Shown here: in pieces, positions 41,774 to 59,317 of the stretch
How positions within the stretch are numbered: the stretch's first letter is position 1
Layout: the number at the start of each line of letters is the position of its first letter
The notes under the pieces: model-generated
What the model was told of the DNA's origin: nothing
Database searches by the model: none
What the model saw: the letters and a program-made list of their open reading frames with translations, nothing else
From: Dictyostelium discoideum
Lineage: Eukaryota
NCBI GenBank assembly: GCA_000004695.1
Contig: CM000155.2
Coordinates: forward strand, 1,696,001 to 1,760,000
DNA: 64,000 bases
Reading direction: 5' to 3'
Made by a program: the position numbers and the translations under genes

Positions 41774-43473
41774 AAAAATATAAAATTAATATTTTTAATA
41801 TTTTTTTAATTTTCTATTTTACTACTATTAAAATTAAAACTTACTTTAAGATCTAATACAACATCTTGTAAATAAATATTTGAAGTAATTGCAACAACTA
41901 ATTCCTTTAAATTTTCAACAGGTACTTTTGTACCAGATAAATTGAAATGTTTTAAAGTTGAAGAAGCACCAATGAATCTAACTAAATGTGGTACTTCTTT
42001 TTTGGTTAATTTATTATCAGAGATATCAATTGTTTTAAGTTCAGCACAACCAATTACCAATGCGCCTACAATTGTTTCCATTGATGGTGTTGTATTTGAA
42101 ATGTTTAAAGTTTTCAATGTATTTGGACTTGCTAAAAAACTTGATAAACCAGCACTACCATCTGCTTCCATCTTATTACCTGATAAATTTAAATAAGATA
42201 ATGTTGATGACATCTTTATATTCTTTTTCAATGCATTAGTTAATACTGAAATACCAGCTTTATTACAATTTGTATTTGAAACATCTAATGATGCAATACC
42301 TCTTAAACTTGACTAAAATAATAATAATAATTATAAATAATAATAATAAATATTAATATTAATATTTTTAATTAAAAAATAAAGTTTTTTTTTTTTTTTT
42401 TTTTCTCAAAAAAAAAATACATACAGCAACATAACTTGAAAAAGCTGTCATACCTTTATCTTCAATTTGATTATTTGAAATATCAATTGCAGTAAGTGCT
42501 AAATTTTTATTTGAAGACAAAGCTGTTGCAATAATTGGCATAGTATCATGTTTTAAACCAACATTATTTAAACTAAGATCTTCAACTGTTGAATTACATT
42601 TTAATACCTCTGCTAAATATCCAAATTGTTCTTTATTAAAAGTATAGCTTTTTTTTTTTTAACATATATTAATATTTTAAAAATAAAAATCATTTAAATA
42701 ATTTTTAAAATTACAAAAACTTACTTATTAAAATTAAAACTCTTAAAATAATTATTATATTTTAAAGCACCTAATAAACATCTAATAGTATCACCAGCAG
42801 AAGTTGGTAATTCAATTTCACCAATATTAAAAGATCTAATATTTTTAGAGGAGATAATATTTGTCATATCCCAACAGATATCATCACGTGGTGGAACACC
42901 AAGATGATCACAAATCGATTGATAAGTTTCAACGAAACCACCACATGGTAAATCCTTTTGTTCAATTTCCACCAATCTTGAATCTTTAATATCGGTACAT
43001 TTGAAAGTTGATTCCTCTGGACAACCAAAGAATTGATGATTAAAAGTAACACGAATTTGATTAATGATTTCATCGGTTTTATTTGTAATTAAACCATATG
43101 AGAATTGTTTATTATCAACTTTGGCAACGATGGTAAATTCATTTGAAGTTGATGATTTAATCTCTTGAATATCTAATAAATGTATATCTTTCTTTACTTT
43201 GTTTTGACTTGGTTTCAAAAAAAAAATACGATTTTTTGTAATTAAAATAATTCTTTTACTTGGTTTCTTATTTTTCTTTTTACTAATTTTATCTCCAATT
43301 GATAATAATAAACTTTCTTGATTCTTTTGTGTTAAAAGATTAGTAATAAATTCTAAAATTAAAAATAAAAAATTAGAATTTTAGTATTTTAATTATATAT
43401 ATAGATATAAAATTTAATATACAATTATTATGATTATCATACTTCTATCATTTGGTGATATTTCTTCTGACAT
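39919..43473 (-). CDS. carmil: CARMIL (capping protein, Arp2/3 and myosin-I linker) homologue: N-terminal PH-like domain, LRR domain, helical domain and a Pro-rich C-terminus with a capping-protein-interaction (CPI) motif
   Basis: Minus-strand exon 1 is 43473..43443 (MSEEISPNDR, donor GTATGA); exon 2 runs from about 43352 into ORF 42721..43218; several short LRR exons follow (ORF 41806..42231 and others; one intron is 41844..41722); the large last exon is 41721..39919. The LRR consensus repeats many times (LxxLxLSxNxIGDxG). The C-terminal tail is P/T/S-rich and contains LTHVTASRPHIASKRKPP, which matches the CPI consensus LxHxTxxRP(K)x6P. Confidence 0.7.
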
Positions 43474-43554
43474 TTTTTATTTTTTATTTTTTTTTATTTT
43501 TTTTTTTTGATGAATACTTGAAAAAAAAAATAAAAAAATGTGGTAAGTAATTAC

Positions 43555-43591
<37 letters not shown>

Positions 43592-43943
43592 TATACAAAT
43601 ACAAATACACAAACAAATTTAATTGAATAAATTGTTTTGTACTAATAAATAATTAAATAAATAATAAATGAAATTGGGTGAACAAAAATTTTTAAAAATT
43701 AAATAAAAAAAAAAAAAAAAGATTTTTTTTTTAAAAAAAAAAAATTAATAAAAAAAAAAATAAAAAAAAAAAAATTAAAAAAAATTGTTTATGAGAACGA
43801 GTGGGGCAATAAATATCACAGATCTGAAATTGATTGTTTTTTATTTTTTTTATTTTTTATTTTTTTTTTTTTTGTTTTTTTTTTTATTTTTTTTTTTTTA
43901 TTTTTCTTTCCAAACATAATTTGATTTTAAAATAAAATAATTT

Positions 43944-44803
43944 TTAAATAATTGTTACCCTTTCAATTAATTTTTTATTTTCCATAAATTCTTCTCTATT
44001 AATTTCTTGTATAATTGATGGTGATGGCAATGAAATATTTGAATTAAATTGTGGTGATAAATAATTATTAACATTATAATTAAAATTATTTGAAGGGAAA
44101 AGTTGTTGTTTTTTTTGACTACTATCATTATCATAATTATTATTATTATTATTACTATTACTATTATTATTTAATGGAAATACTTCTTCTTGATTTTTTA
44201 ATTGTTTTTCTTGATCAACACTAGTGTTATCGATTTCAGAATTTTCATAACGATCAACATCAACATCATCATCATCATAATTATCATTATGATCATCATC
44301 ACTATCATTAAAATCACCAACAAATAAATCATCATCTGATAGATTTCTTCCAGCACCATCATTTTCACAACTTGCACCACAATCACTAACATATGTAGCA
44401 TCAGCATTACCATAAGCTTCTCTTTTTAATTGATCTAAAGTTACTCTTAATCTAATTTTTAAAGGATCAGACCAATCATAATTTGAAATTTTATTACATT
44501 TTAATATGAATTCTATTGATTTCTCTTTGTCCCTCTTTTGATAATAAATTTCACTCATTTCATATAATGAATATGGTATATAAAACTTTTCAGTGATATA
44601 TTGTTGCATTTCTAAAACCTCTTCAAAACATTCCATCGATTGATCAATTAAATCAATACTTTTAAATATTGCACCTTTTAACATTAAATAAGATGCTCTA
44701 TCATTTATTAAATTCTCTTGATTTATAATATTTTCTCTTTTTTTAATTAAATTTGAAATTGTAGATTTAAAAAATGATGTTGTTGAATTATTATTATTAT
44801 TAA

Positions 44804-44887
<84 letters not shown>

Positions 44888-46262
44888 TAAGCTCATTATT
44901 ATTTATAATATTATTTAAATTAAATTGAAAAACATTTGATTTTTTAGCTAATAAATTTAAAAGATCAATAGTTTTTAAAGCTATAGACTTTTCCATTTTA
45001 GCCAAGTCTCTACGAATGTAAAGTATTTCAAATGCTGAGAAATTACCACCATTTAAAAGGTACCTTTGAGCTTGTCTTTGAATTACTGAATCAATTGAAT
45101 TTGATTTCTTACAAAAATGTTTAATTATAGTTTGTAACATTAATTTACCTTTATCAAATTGATCATTCATAATATAACAACTTGCTAATTGTAAAGCACA
45201 TAATGAACGAATTTGAAATTTATTCTCATCCTTAATTAACAATTCAAATATATCAATAGCTTTATTCCATTGCATTTTAATACAATAGCAACATGCTAAT
45301 TCATATTTAAAAATCAATGGTTGTTTATCTTGTGGAGTTTGCTGCTGCTGATGATTATTATTATCATCATTATCATTATAATTATTATTTGAATAATTGT
45401 AAAATGAAATTGCAAATTCTAAACAACGTATACCTAAATCAATTTTATTTTGTTTTCTATAACAATGTGAACCAAATACTTGAAATAGTGAACTGTTTGG
45501 ATACTTTTCTAAATTATTTTCAATTAATTGTTGAGCTTCATTCAATTGATGTACTGGATTATATAAACCTCTTGGTAGTATTAAATTATTAAATAAAATT
45601 AACATTGTTGCAAATTGTGATCTAATTCCACCACTATTTAAACAATCTCTTATATAAATTAATCCTTGTTCTCTATCACATTTAAATCCAACCAATTCAA
45701 TTAATTTTAAATATTTTGAAGGTATAATAGATGTTGCATAATAGAAAAAACCAACACCGAATCTTAAACACTCTAATAAATCTTTCGAATATTTAAATGA
45801 TGATGGTGATGGTGATGATGATGATTCTGATTGTTCTTCTTGTTTAATTTGTTTTAAAGTTTCTTCAAAAACTTTCCAACTTGATCTTAAATTTAGACAA
45901 CCTTTAAATTTTTGGTCGCTTGAAATTTGTAAAATTGCTAACATGTATAATGAATCACCTAATATGATTTTACAATCTAGTATATGATTTTTAAAATCAT
46001 TTTTTTGATTAACGATTTTAAATTGATAATTATAATTTTGTGGAATTTTGTTTTGTTCAAATTGTTTTATACACTTTTCTGATAATTCTTTAGTTTCTTT
46101 TAATTTTTTAATTGCCAATTCAGTTTCATTTTCATTTGCTGTTATAAATGATTTTAAAAATGATGTTTCTGCATTATGTAATGAATATCTAGGTGTGGTT
46201 TTTGAATGTTTTTCAAATATTTTTTCTGCTTCTTTAAAATTATTATTCCATAATAATTCCAA
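43944..46262 (-). CDS. TPR-repeat protein, possibly TTC39/Iml2 (DUF3808) family, with polyN insertions; N-terminal exon not located
   Basis: The 772-aa minus-strand ORF begins at a TTG, so its true start is probably in an upstream exon. The segment GDSLYMLAILQISSDQKFKGCLNLRSSWKVFEETLKQ resembles the TTC39/Iml2 block GLNIRSAWK.YEK. There are several TPR-like helices. A (AAT)n tract at about 44770-44890 encodes polyN. Confidence 0.4.
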
Positions 46263-46292
46263 TGCATTATTAATTTCATTTGGGAAAAATGA

Positions 46293-46323
<31 letters not shown>

Positions 46324-46932
46324 TTTATTTCCTTTTTAAAAAAAAATCTATTTTTAAAATAAAAAAAATAAGTTAAAAAATAAATAAAAATAAATAAATA
46401 AATAAATTAATTAATTAATTAATTAATTAATTAATAATTAAATAAATAAATAAATAAATAATAAATATAATTAAATAAAAATTTTTGGAAAAAAAAAAAA
46501 AAAAAAAAAAAAAATTTATGTGCAGCAATTTTTAAAATAAAATAATACTTTTTGTTTTTTATTTTGAAACAAAGAAAAATAAATGGTTTTTTTGATAATC
46601 TTTTCTAAAAATAGAAATTTTGTAATTTATTTTTTGTATAAGAACCGTAAAAAAAATAAAAAGTTAAAAATAAAAATAAAATTAAAAAAAGTAAAAAAAA
46701 AGATAAAAGTAAAAAAAAATAGGTTACAAATTATTGAAAAAAAAAAAAATTGGATGTGGTGTGGTTTAGTATTTAAAATTGTTTTTACATTTTTATTGGG
46801 GAGAGGAGGGGGTTACTTGTTTTTTCTAAACATTTTTATAATTAATTATTTAGAGTTATTTTTTAAAAAAAAACTATTCAAAGTAAACAATTAATTAAAT
46901 TAATTTTTTAAAAAACTCATTCCTCTTTATTT

Positions 46933-46971
<39 letters not shown>

Positions 46972-47085
46972 AAATCAATAAGATAATTTTATTTTATCCT
47001 TGAAGTAATAATAATAAAAACAAATGATTATTTTGCTCATTCCACTGATTAATTACCATTTAAATTAATTCTCTCAATAATTTTA

Positions 47086-47118
<33 letters not shown>

Positions 47119-47328
47119 TCCAATTTATTTTTAATTTATTATTCATTTACACATGCATTGTAAAATAAAATTAAAAACAAGCGATACATTTTAATAAAAA
47201 AATGAGATAAAGAATGTATAATATTTTTGAGATATTTTTAAATCCAATTAATTTCTTTTTATTGAATCATTTTTTTTCTTTTTTTTTTTTTTTTCATATC
47301 CAAATGAGCCAAACACCGCATGATTATA

Positions 47329-47362
<34 letters not shown>

Positions 47363-47791
47363 CGGTCAGACACGATTTATAAATAAAAGTGGTGTTTTGT
47401 CCATTAACCCATTTTTAAATTGTTTATTTCATTTTTATAATTATATTTTAAATAAGTTGAGAAAAGATTACAATTTTTTTTTTAATTGTTGAGATTTAAT
47501 TTACTAATGATTATTTAATTTTTTCAATAAACCAAAGATTTTTTTTTCTTTTTTTTCTTTTTTTTTCTTTTTTTTTTCTTTTTTACTTTGAAAAAAATAT
47601 TAACATCATTTTTATTATAAATAATGTTTTTTAAAAACTTTTAATTACATTTTTTATTAATTTATATAATATATATAAATTTTTGGGATAAAAAAAAAAA
47701 AAAAAAAAAATATTTAATTGAAAACATTTTAATTTTTTTAAAATTTACATTTAAATATATAAAATATATATAAATATATATAGATATAACA

Positions 47792-49652
47792 ATGGAAATT
47801 TTAACATTTATAATTTATTTAATTACATTTTTCATTCTTTTTGATTTCGTAAGTTGATTTTTTTTTAACATTTTCCACATTTTTTTTTTTTTTTTTCATA
47901 ATCTTTTTTTTTAATAATCTTTTTTTTTCAATATTTTTCTTTATCATTTTTTTTAAACCACTAATTTAATAATAATTGATAAACAATTGTTTATTATTAT
48001 TATAAAAAAAAAAAAGTATAAAAAAAATAAAAGATATAGTAAATCACCAAATAAAGAAGCAAATGGACCATGGTCACTTCCTATCATTGGTGGATTACAT
48101 TTAATTGGTGATAGACCAAATAGATCATTCTCTGAATTGTCAAAGATTTATGGTGGGATTTATAAGATTTGGTTAGCTGAAAGAATGTTAATGATTGTTA
48201 CAGACCCAGAGATAATTCAAGATATTTGGATTAAACAACACGATAAATTTGTAAATAGACCACACAATATTACAAGTCAAATATTTTCATTAAATCATAA
48301 ATCTTTAGTATTTGGTGATGTTGATGAATGGAATAAAGTTAGACCAAAGATGACATGTCATTTCACTAAAATTAAATTAAATTCAACAAAGCCAAAACAA
48401 ATTGTAAATGATCAATTAAAAAAAATGTTAAAAATAATGACAACACATTCATTAGATTCTAAACCAGTAAGTTTATTAAATTTTTTCCATAATATTATTA
48501 AAAAGTTTTATATGATTTATTATTTTTTTTTTTTTTTTTAATTTTTAGTTTAATCAATATGTTTATTTAAATACATATTCAATGAATATTATACTTGGGT
48601 TAATGTTATCAATTGAATTACCACATTCAAATAGTAATGATAAGGATGGACAATTTTCAAAGGTATTACATTCAATTGATGAAATATTTAAATCAATTGG
48701 AACAAATGGTCCAGAAGATATATTTCCAACATTATTACCATTTTTTAAGAATAGAATATCAACATTTACAAATCATTTAAATGTAATTAAAGATTTCATT
48801 AGATCAATTTATAAACAACAAATTAAAACATTTGATATTAATATTGAACCAAGAAATATTATGGATTGTTTAATTTCTGAATATTATGAAGATGATGACC
48901 AAGAGGATGAAGTTGCTAAACAAGAATTAATTATTCAATTATGTATTGATATGTTAGTTGCTGCAACTGATACATCTGCAAGTACATTGGAATGGTTTAT
49001 GTTATTTATGATCAACAATCCAAATTTACAAGAAGATCTTTATGAAGAAGTTGTAAATGTAGTTGGTAAAGATTGTCCATATGTTACATTTGATGATGTA
49101 CCAAAATTAGCTTTAATCAAAGCATGTTATTTTGAAATACTTAGAATTCGTCCAGTTACATCATTATCATTACCACGTGTTTCTATGGAAGATACAACCA
49201 CTTTAAATGATATTTTCATTCCAAAAGATACAATTATCATTCAAAATATTTTCGGTATGGGTAATTCTGAAAAATTCGTTTCAAATCCAACTGTTTTCAA
49301 TCCATCAAGATGGTTAGAATATAAAAAAATGAAAGATTTAAATCAGTTTGGTAATAGAGATGATAGTATTGATACTACCAATACTACTACTAATACCACT
49401 TTAAATGGTACCACTAGCAAATACTATAATGATTTGGAAAGAGTTTCAATCCCATTTGGTGTTGGTAAAAGAAGATGTATGGCACCGAGTATGGCTGATC
49501 ATAATGTTTTAATTGCAATGGCAAATATTGTTTTAAATTTCACAATGAAATCAAGTGATCCAAAACAAATGCCACTCTCTGAAGAAGAACAATATGCAAT
49601 CACTATTAAACCAAAATATCCATTCAAAGTATTATTTGAAAAAAGATCATAA
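47792..49652 (+). CDS. Cytochrome P450 monooxygenase
   Basis: Three exons: 47792..47848 (MEILTFIIYLITFFILFDF membrane anchor, donor GTAAGT), 48017..48466 (YKKNKRYSKSPNKEANGPWSLPIIGGLHL.., donor GTAAGT) and 48549..49652. Heme-binding loop PFGVGKRRCMAPSMA (FxxGxRxCxG); I-helix AATDTSASTLEW; K-helix EILRIRP. Frames were checked across both introns; the total is about 536 aa. Confidence 0.9.
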
Positions 49653-49774
49653 TCTATACTTAATAATAATAATTAAATTGTAACATACTATTTTCTTTTT
49701 TTTTTAAATAAAAATAAATAAAAATAAATAAAAAAAAAAAAAGATAAATGTATAGTTTTTTTTTATTTTTTTAT

Positions 49775-50759
<985 letters not shown>

Positions 50760-51363
50760 TTTGTTTAATATGATACAGAGATAATTTACATAGATATAAA
50801 TTATTTATTTTATAATTGGATATTTATTTATTTAAAATTTGTAATTAAAATTTAAAAGGAAAGTGTTAAAGGTTTAATTTTAAAAAAAAAAAAATAAAGA
50901 AAAATAAAATAAAATAAAATAAAGTAAAAAATAAAATAAAATTATAGTTTTGGGGTTTGGACAGTGTTTGGTGTGTGTTTGTTTTTTTGTTTTTAGATAT
51001 AAATAAATAACCCCATATTTTCAGTTTGAAGTCAATTTATAGTAATTGTAAAAACAATATTTTAACTTGGGGGTTAATTAATTATTTTTTTATTTTTTTT
51101 TATTTTTTAAAATGATAAATGGGGTTATTATTATTTGTAAAATGGTAATGATAAATCAAACATTATTTTACCACCATTTTAAAATTGGTAATATTCTCAC
51201 CCAAAAATGTGATATTTAGATAGAACAGTTGTGTTTTTTTAAAATAAAAAAATAAAAAAAAAAAAAAAATTGTTTTGGTTAGAAAAAAAAAAAAAAAACT
51301 TATTTTTTGATAGGATATTGTAAATTATTTGAAAAATAAGTTATAAAATATTAAATATTAAAA

Positions 51364-51453
51364 ATGGTTTTAATTTTACCAGCAAGAAGTATGAATTAGT
51401 TTAAACTTTTTTATTTTTTTTTTTTAATTTGAATTTGAATAATTAAAATTATA

Positions 51454-51500
<47 letters not shown>

Positions 51501-52056
51501 CAAAAAAAAAACACAAAATTTAGGAAAATTTTTATCAAGTTTAAAAGAAGATTGTAAAATAAATTCAATTAAATGTGAAGATGATTCTTTAGAACAAATT
51601 ACAGTTGATTTATTTAGTGGTAACCAAAAAAGTGAGGCAGTATTATATTTTGAATGGAATAATTTAGGATTAATGAATAGAATTAATGAACAATATCAAA
51701 CGGTTCATTCAATGAAATTAGCAATTGAAAATTTCTTTTTATCACATGGTGGTATTAGTAAAAATCATTCAAATAGTTCAATATTATTTTATAATTGGAA
51801 TCAGTTGGTTCATAGTTTAACATTATTCTATGAGAATAAAGAATTTAAATGGATTAAACGTCAAGATAGTATTAATGATATTGGTATTGGTTACATTTTC
51901 AGTAAAACAATTGATGATTCTGAACCATTAATAACAAGATTACCTTACCTTTTCAATTCTATGGTATTAGATTCAAAAGATACAAAACATTCTGAAAAAG
52001 AAAATATGGAAAATTTACAATCATCTGAATCTGATAGAATTAGAGCAAAACAATAA
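51364..52056 (+). CDS. Hypothetical protein of about 185 aa, two exons
   Basis: Exon 1 is 51364..51388 (MVLILPAR, donor GTATGA); a 135-nt intron contains a long poly(T); exon 2 is 51524..52056 (frame checked). No family was recognised. Confidence 0.5.
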
Positions 52057-52180
52057 AAATTTTAAAAAAAAAAGTAAATAATCATAAAAATATCTAAATT
52101 TAGAATTTATTTTTTTAAAAAAAAAAAATTAAAAAAAAAAATAATAAAAAATAACCAAATAAATTAGTTTTCTTAGAAAT

Positions 52181-52246
<66 letters not shown>

Positions 52247-52395
52247 CATTTTTAGATTTTTCAAATTTGTAAACAAATAACGCCTTCATTTTATTTTTAT
52301 CGATTTTTTGAAAACAATAATTAAATAATAAAAACAAAATAAAAATAAAATAAAAAAAAAACAACACACACTATTCATATAATAATTATGATATT

Positions 52396-56103
<3,708 letters not shown>

Positions 56104-56151
56104 GTAACATAAAATAAATAATATTTAAAGTTATCTTTTTATTTGTTTTTA

Positions 56152-56192
<41 letters not shown>

Positions 56193-56242
56193 CGGGTAGA
56201 TAATTTTATTACATTTGTGGACTTAAAAACTTAAACAATTAT

Positions 56243-57304
56243 TTATTCAATTGTTGGTTGATTCATTTCTGCTTTGTATAATAAAAAAGATTGATAACTT
56301 AAAAGTAGTTTTAAATTTTTATTATTCTCTTTATAATTGTCATGTGATATAATATTAAATATATCTTCATACACAGATCTTATTTGAATTTCTATTTTAA
56401 TTTCACCAAATTCAATATCAACATGATAAGCACGATATCCATATAAATCTGATTTTCTTTCTATTTCAATTCTAAAAAAAAAAAAAAAATATATATATAT
56501 ATTAATACTAACTATTATTATTATTATTATTATTTATTATTTCATAAATTATAAATTAATTAATTACATTTTAAAATAACCATTTAATTCCAATTCTTTT
56601 AATTTTTCAATAATAAAAGAAGTTTTATAATTTGGATTTATAATCATTGAAATACCACATTGATCAAAGATTTGAAACCAGTGCACTATTTTACCGGCAA
56701 TATATGATCTTTTAATTTCTTTTCTTTTCATACTTTCAATTGTTTTTACTCTAGAATAAATTGGTTTATATAAATATTGGTTTGGAATTGATTTTTCCCA
56801 ATAGATTAAAAATTTATTTAATTCAATTGGGAATTCTTTTCTTAATAATTCGGGATAATCAAAATAAAAAATTAAACCTTCAATATTTCCATTTTTTTCA
56901 ATAATATTTGAGTATATGGGGTTTGAATAATTTTTACTATAAATTATATGTTGTTGATGTTGAGGTTGTTGTTGTTGCTTATTAAATGCTTTTGCATTAC
57001 TAAAAATTTTATAATCCCCTTTATTGGTTAGAAAAAAAAAAAAAAAAAAAAAAACCAAGGTTTAATAATTTTTTAATATTTTTTTTAAATTATAAATATC
57101 TTCCAAAACATACCAATATATTAAAATGTAAAATAATATTCCTATTTTTAGAAAATAAAAAAATAAAATAATAAAGTAAATTATAATGAAAAAATAAAAA
57201 AAATTAAAAGTAAATAATAATTATATTAATATAGGATAATTTTTTTTTTTTTTTTTAAGAAAGTATGAAAATTCATTACCCGTAGAAAGTCTTGAAATAT
57301 TCAT
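56243..57304 (-). CDS. Small RelA/SpoT-homologue synthetase-domain protein (small alarmone synthetase-like, (p)ppGpp-synthetase fold), about 234 aa
   Basis: Three minus-strand exons: 57304..57280 (MNISRLST, donor GTAATG), 57018..56568 (acceptor after a CTAAC branch-like site and poly-T; ends ..ELNGYFK, donor GTAATT) and 56471..56243; frames checked, 705 nt in total. Synthetase motifs in order: YSRVKTIESMKRKEIKR (RxKxxxSxxxK), FDQCGISMII (D.xGxR(I/V)), DLYGYRAYHVDIEF (GY(R/Q)SxH) and EIKIEIQIRSVYEDIFNIISHDNYK (E(V/I)QIRT..mh.wAE.eH..YK). No HD hydrolase domain is present. Confidence 0.6.
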
Positions 57305-57373
57305 TTTAATTTAAAATAAAATAAAATAAAAAAATTTTGACAGGGTCATATATTAAACTAAATTTCAAACCCC

Positions 57374-57444
<71 letters not shown>

Positions 57445-58061
57445 TTTTAAAAATAAAAAAAAAAAAAAATATTAAACTAAATCTCAAACACAAAAAAAAA
57501 ATAATAAAAATAAAAAAAAAAATAAAAATAAAAAATAAAAATAATTAAAAAAAAAAAAATTAATAATAAAAAATAATTTATCGCTGTGTACAAATATTCA
57601 TTGAAGATTGTTTAATCATTTTTAATCATAAAAACAAAAAAAATAAATAAAATAAAAATATCTGGTTTCAAAATAAATAAAATAAAATACAATAAAAAAA
57701 AAGATTTTTTTTTAAAAAAATAAAACAAAACTTGATGAGTAAATTTTATATTATTAAAGAATTTTTATTTTTATTTTTATTTTTATTTTTATTTTTATTT
57801 TTATTTTTATTAATTATTTTTTTTTAGATAAGGTTATATTAGGAAAATTATTTTATTTGTTTTCGTGCAACCTACAAAGTTTCCACCACGACAATAAAAA
57901 ATAAAAAAAAATAAAAAATTTAATTTTAAAAATAAAAAAAAAATCAAATATTCACAAAATTCTGCGTCTTGTAATATTAAAAAAAAAAAAAAAAAAAAAA
58001 AATCAAGAAAAAAATTATTATTGTCAAGAATTTTTTTTTTTTCTTTCATTTATTTATAAAA

Positions 58062-59226
58062 ATGCAATCTAAACAATTTGATGAAGTAGTAGTAGAGGTA
58101 AAACATGTATCAAAACGTAAGGTTTTTTTTTTTAAAAAAAAATAAAATTTGTAGTATTTTTTATTTTTTATTTATTATTTTTTATTTTTTATTTATTTTT
58201 ACTTTTATAAAAGATTATAAGATTGCAGGTAGAGAAGATAGTGTTAAAGCATTGAATGATATACATTTAGCAGGTGATTCAGAGTTATTACCAATTAGAA
58301 GAGGAGAATTTGTAATGTTAAGAGGACCATCAGGTGGTGGTAAAACAAGTTTATTAAATTTATTAGGTACAATCGATAGAGCAACCGAAGGTGTTATAGA
58401 ATTATTTTCAAATCCAATCAATGTAGATTCAACTGATGAATATTTAGCTAAATTAAGATTAGAGAAAATTGGTTTCGTTTTTCAAACTTTTAATTTATTA
58501 GCAACAATGTCTGCTTTTGAAAATGTAGAATTACCAATGATTATATTAGGAAAATTAAATGAAAAAGAAAGAAAAAAGAGAGCAATTGAATTATTAACTT
58601 GTATGTGTATTTTAATTTTTTTTTTTTTTTTAATTAAAATTTGTATTTATTAATCTTTTTTTATTATTTTTTTTTATTATTTTTTTTTTTTAGTGGTTGG
58701 TTTGCAAGATAGATTAGATCATTTACCTTCAGAATTATCAGGTGGTGAACAACAAAGAGTGTATGTAAATAAATATAATAATAATAATAATAATAATTTT
58801 TTTTTTTTTATTTCCAAATTAATTTTAATAATCTTTATTTTTTTTTTTAGAACAATTGCAAGAGCTCTTTCAAATGCACCAGAAATTTTATTATTAGATG
58901 TATGTATTTTTTAAAATATGATATTTTTGGTGGTTCTTTAAATTTGAAGTACTAAAGTAAAAAAAAAAAATAAAAAATAATAGGAACCAACAGGTGATTT
59001 AGATACAAAGAATACAGTTGAAGTTATGGATTTATTATTAGATTTAAATTTAAAGTTAAAGACAACTTGTATTATGGTTACTCACAATCCCGATATTGAA
59101 TGTTATGCTGATAGAATTTTGTATATTGCAGATGGTGTTTTTGAAAAACAAGTATTTAATACTGAACAAACAAGATTAGATTATGATGAATATATCGCTT
59201 ATTTAAATTCTCAAGCTGGTCATTAA
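58062..59226 (+). CDS. ABC transporter ATP-binding protein of the bacterial LolD/MacB/FtsE type (Dictyostelium ABCH-like), with no fused transmembrane domain
   Basis: Five exons: 58062..58116, 58214..58600, 58694..58760, 58851..58899, 58984..59226; donors GTAAGG, GTATGT, GTATGT, GTATGT, with frames checked. The spliced protein is MQSKQFDEVVVEVKHVSKHYKIAGREDSVKALNDIHL..LRGPSGGGKTSLLNLLG (Walker A), a Q-loop FVFQ, signature LSGGEQQRVTIARAL, Walker B ILLLDEPTGDLD and H-loop IMVTHN. Confidence 0.85.
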
Positions 59227-59317
59227 TACAAATAATTATATAAAATAAATAAAAATAAAAATAAAAATAAAAATAAAATTTTAAAAAGAAAAGAAATAAA
59301 TTATAATTATAATTTAT

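Noticed and set aside
46583-47492. ORFs 46583..46894, 47214..47492, 46048..46362 in intergenic DNA
   Set aside because: Lys/Phe-rich translations of poly(A)/poly(T) promoter tracts with no coding signature.
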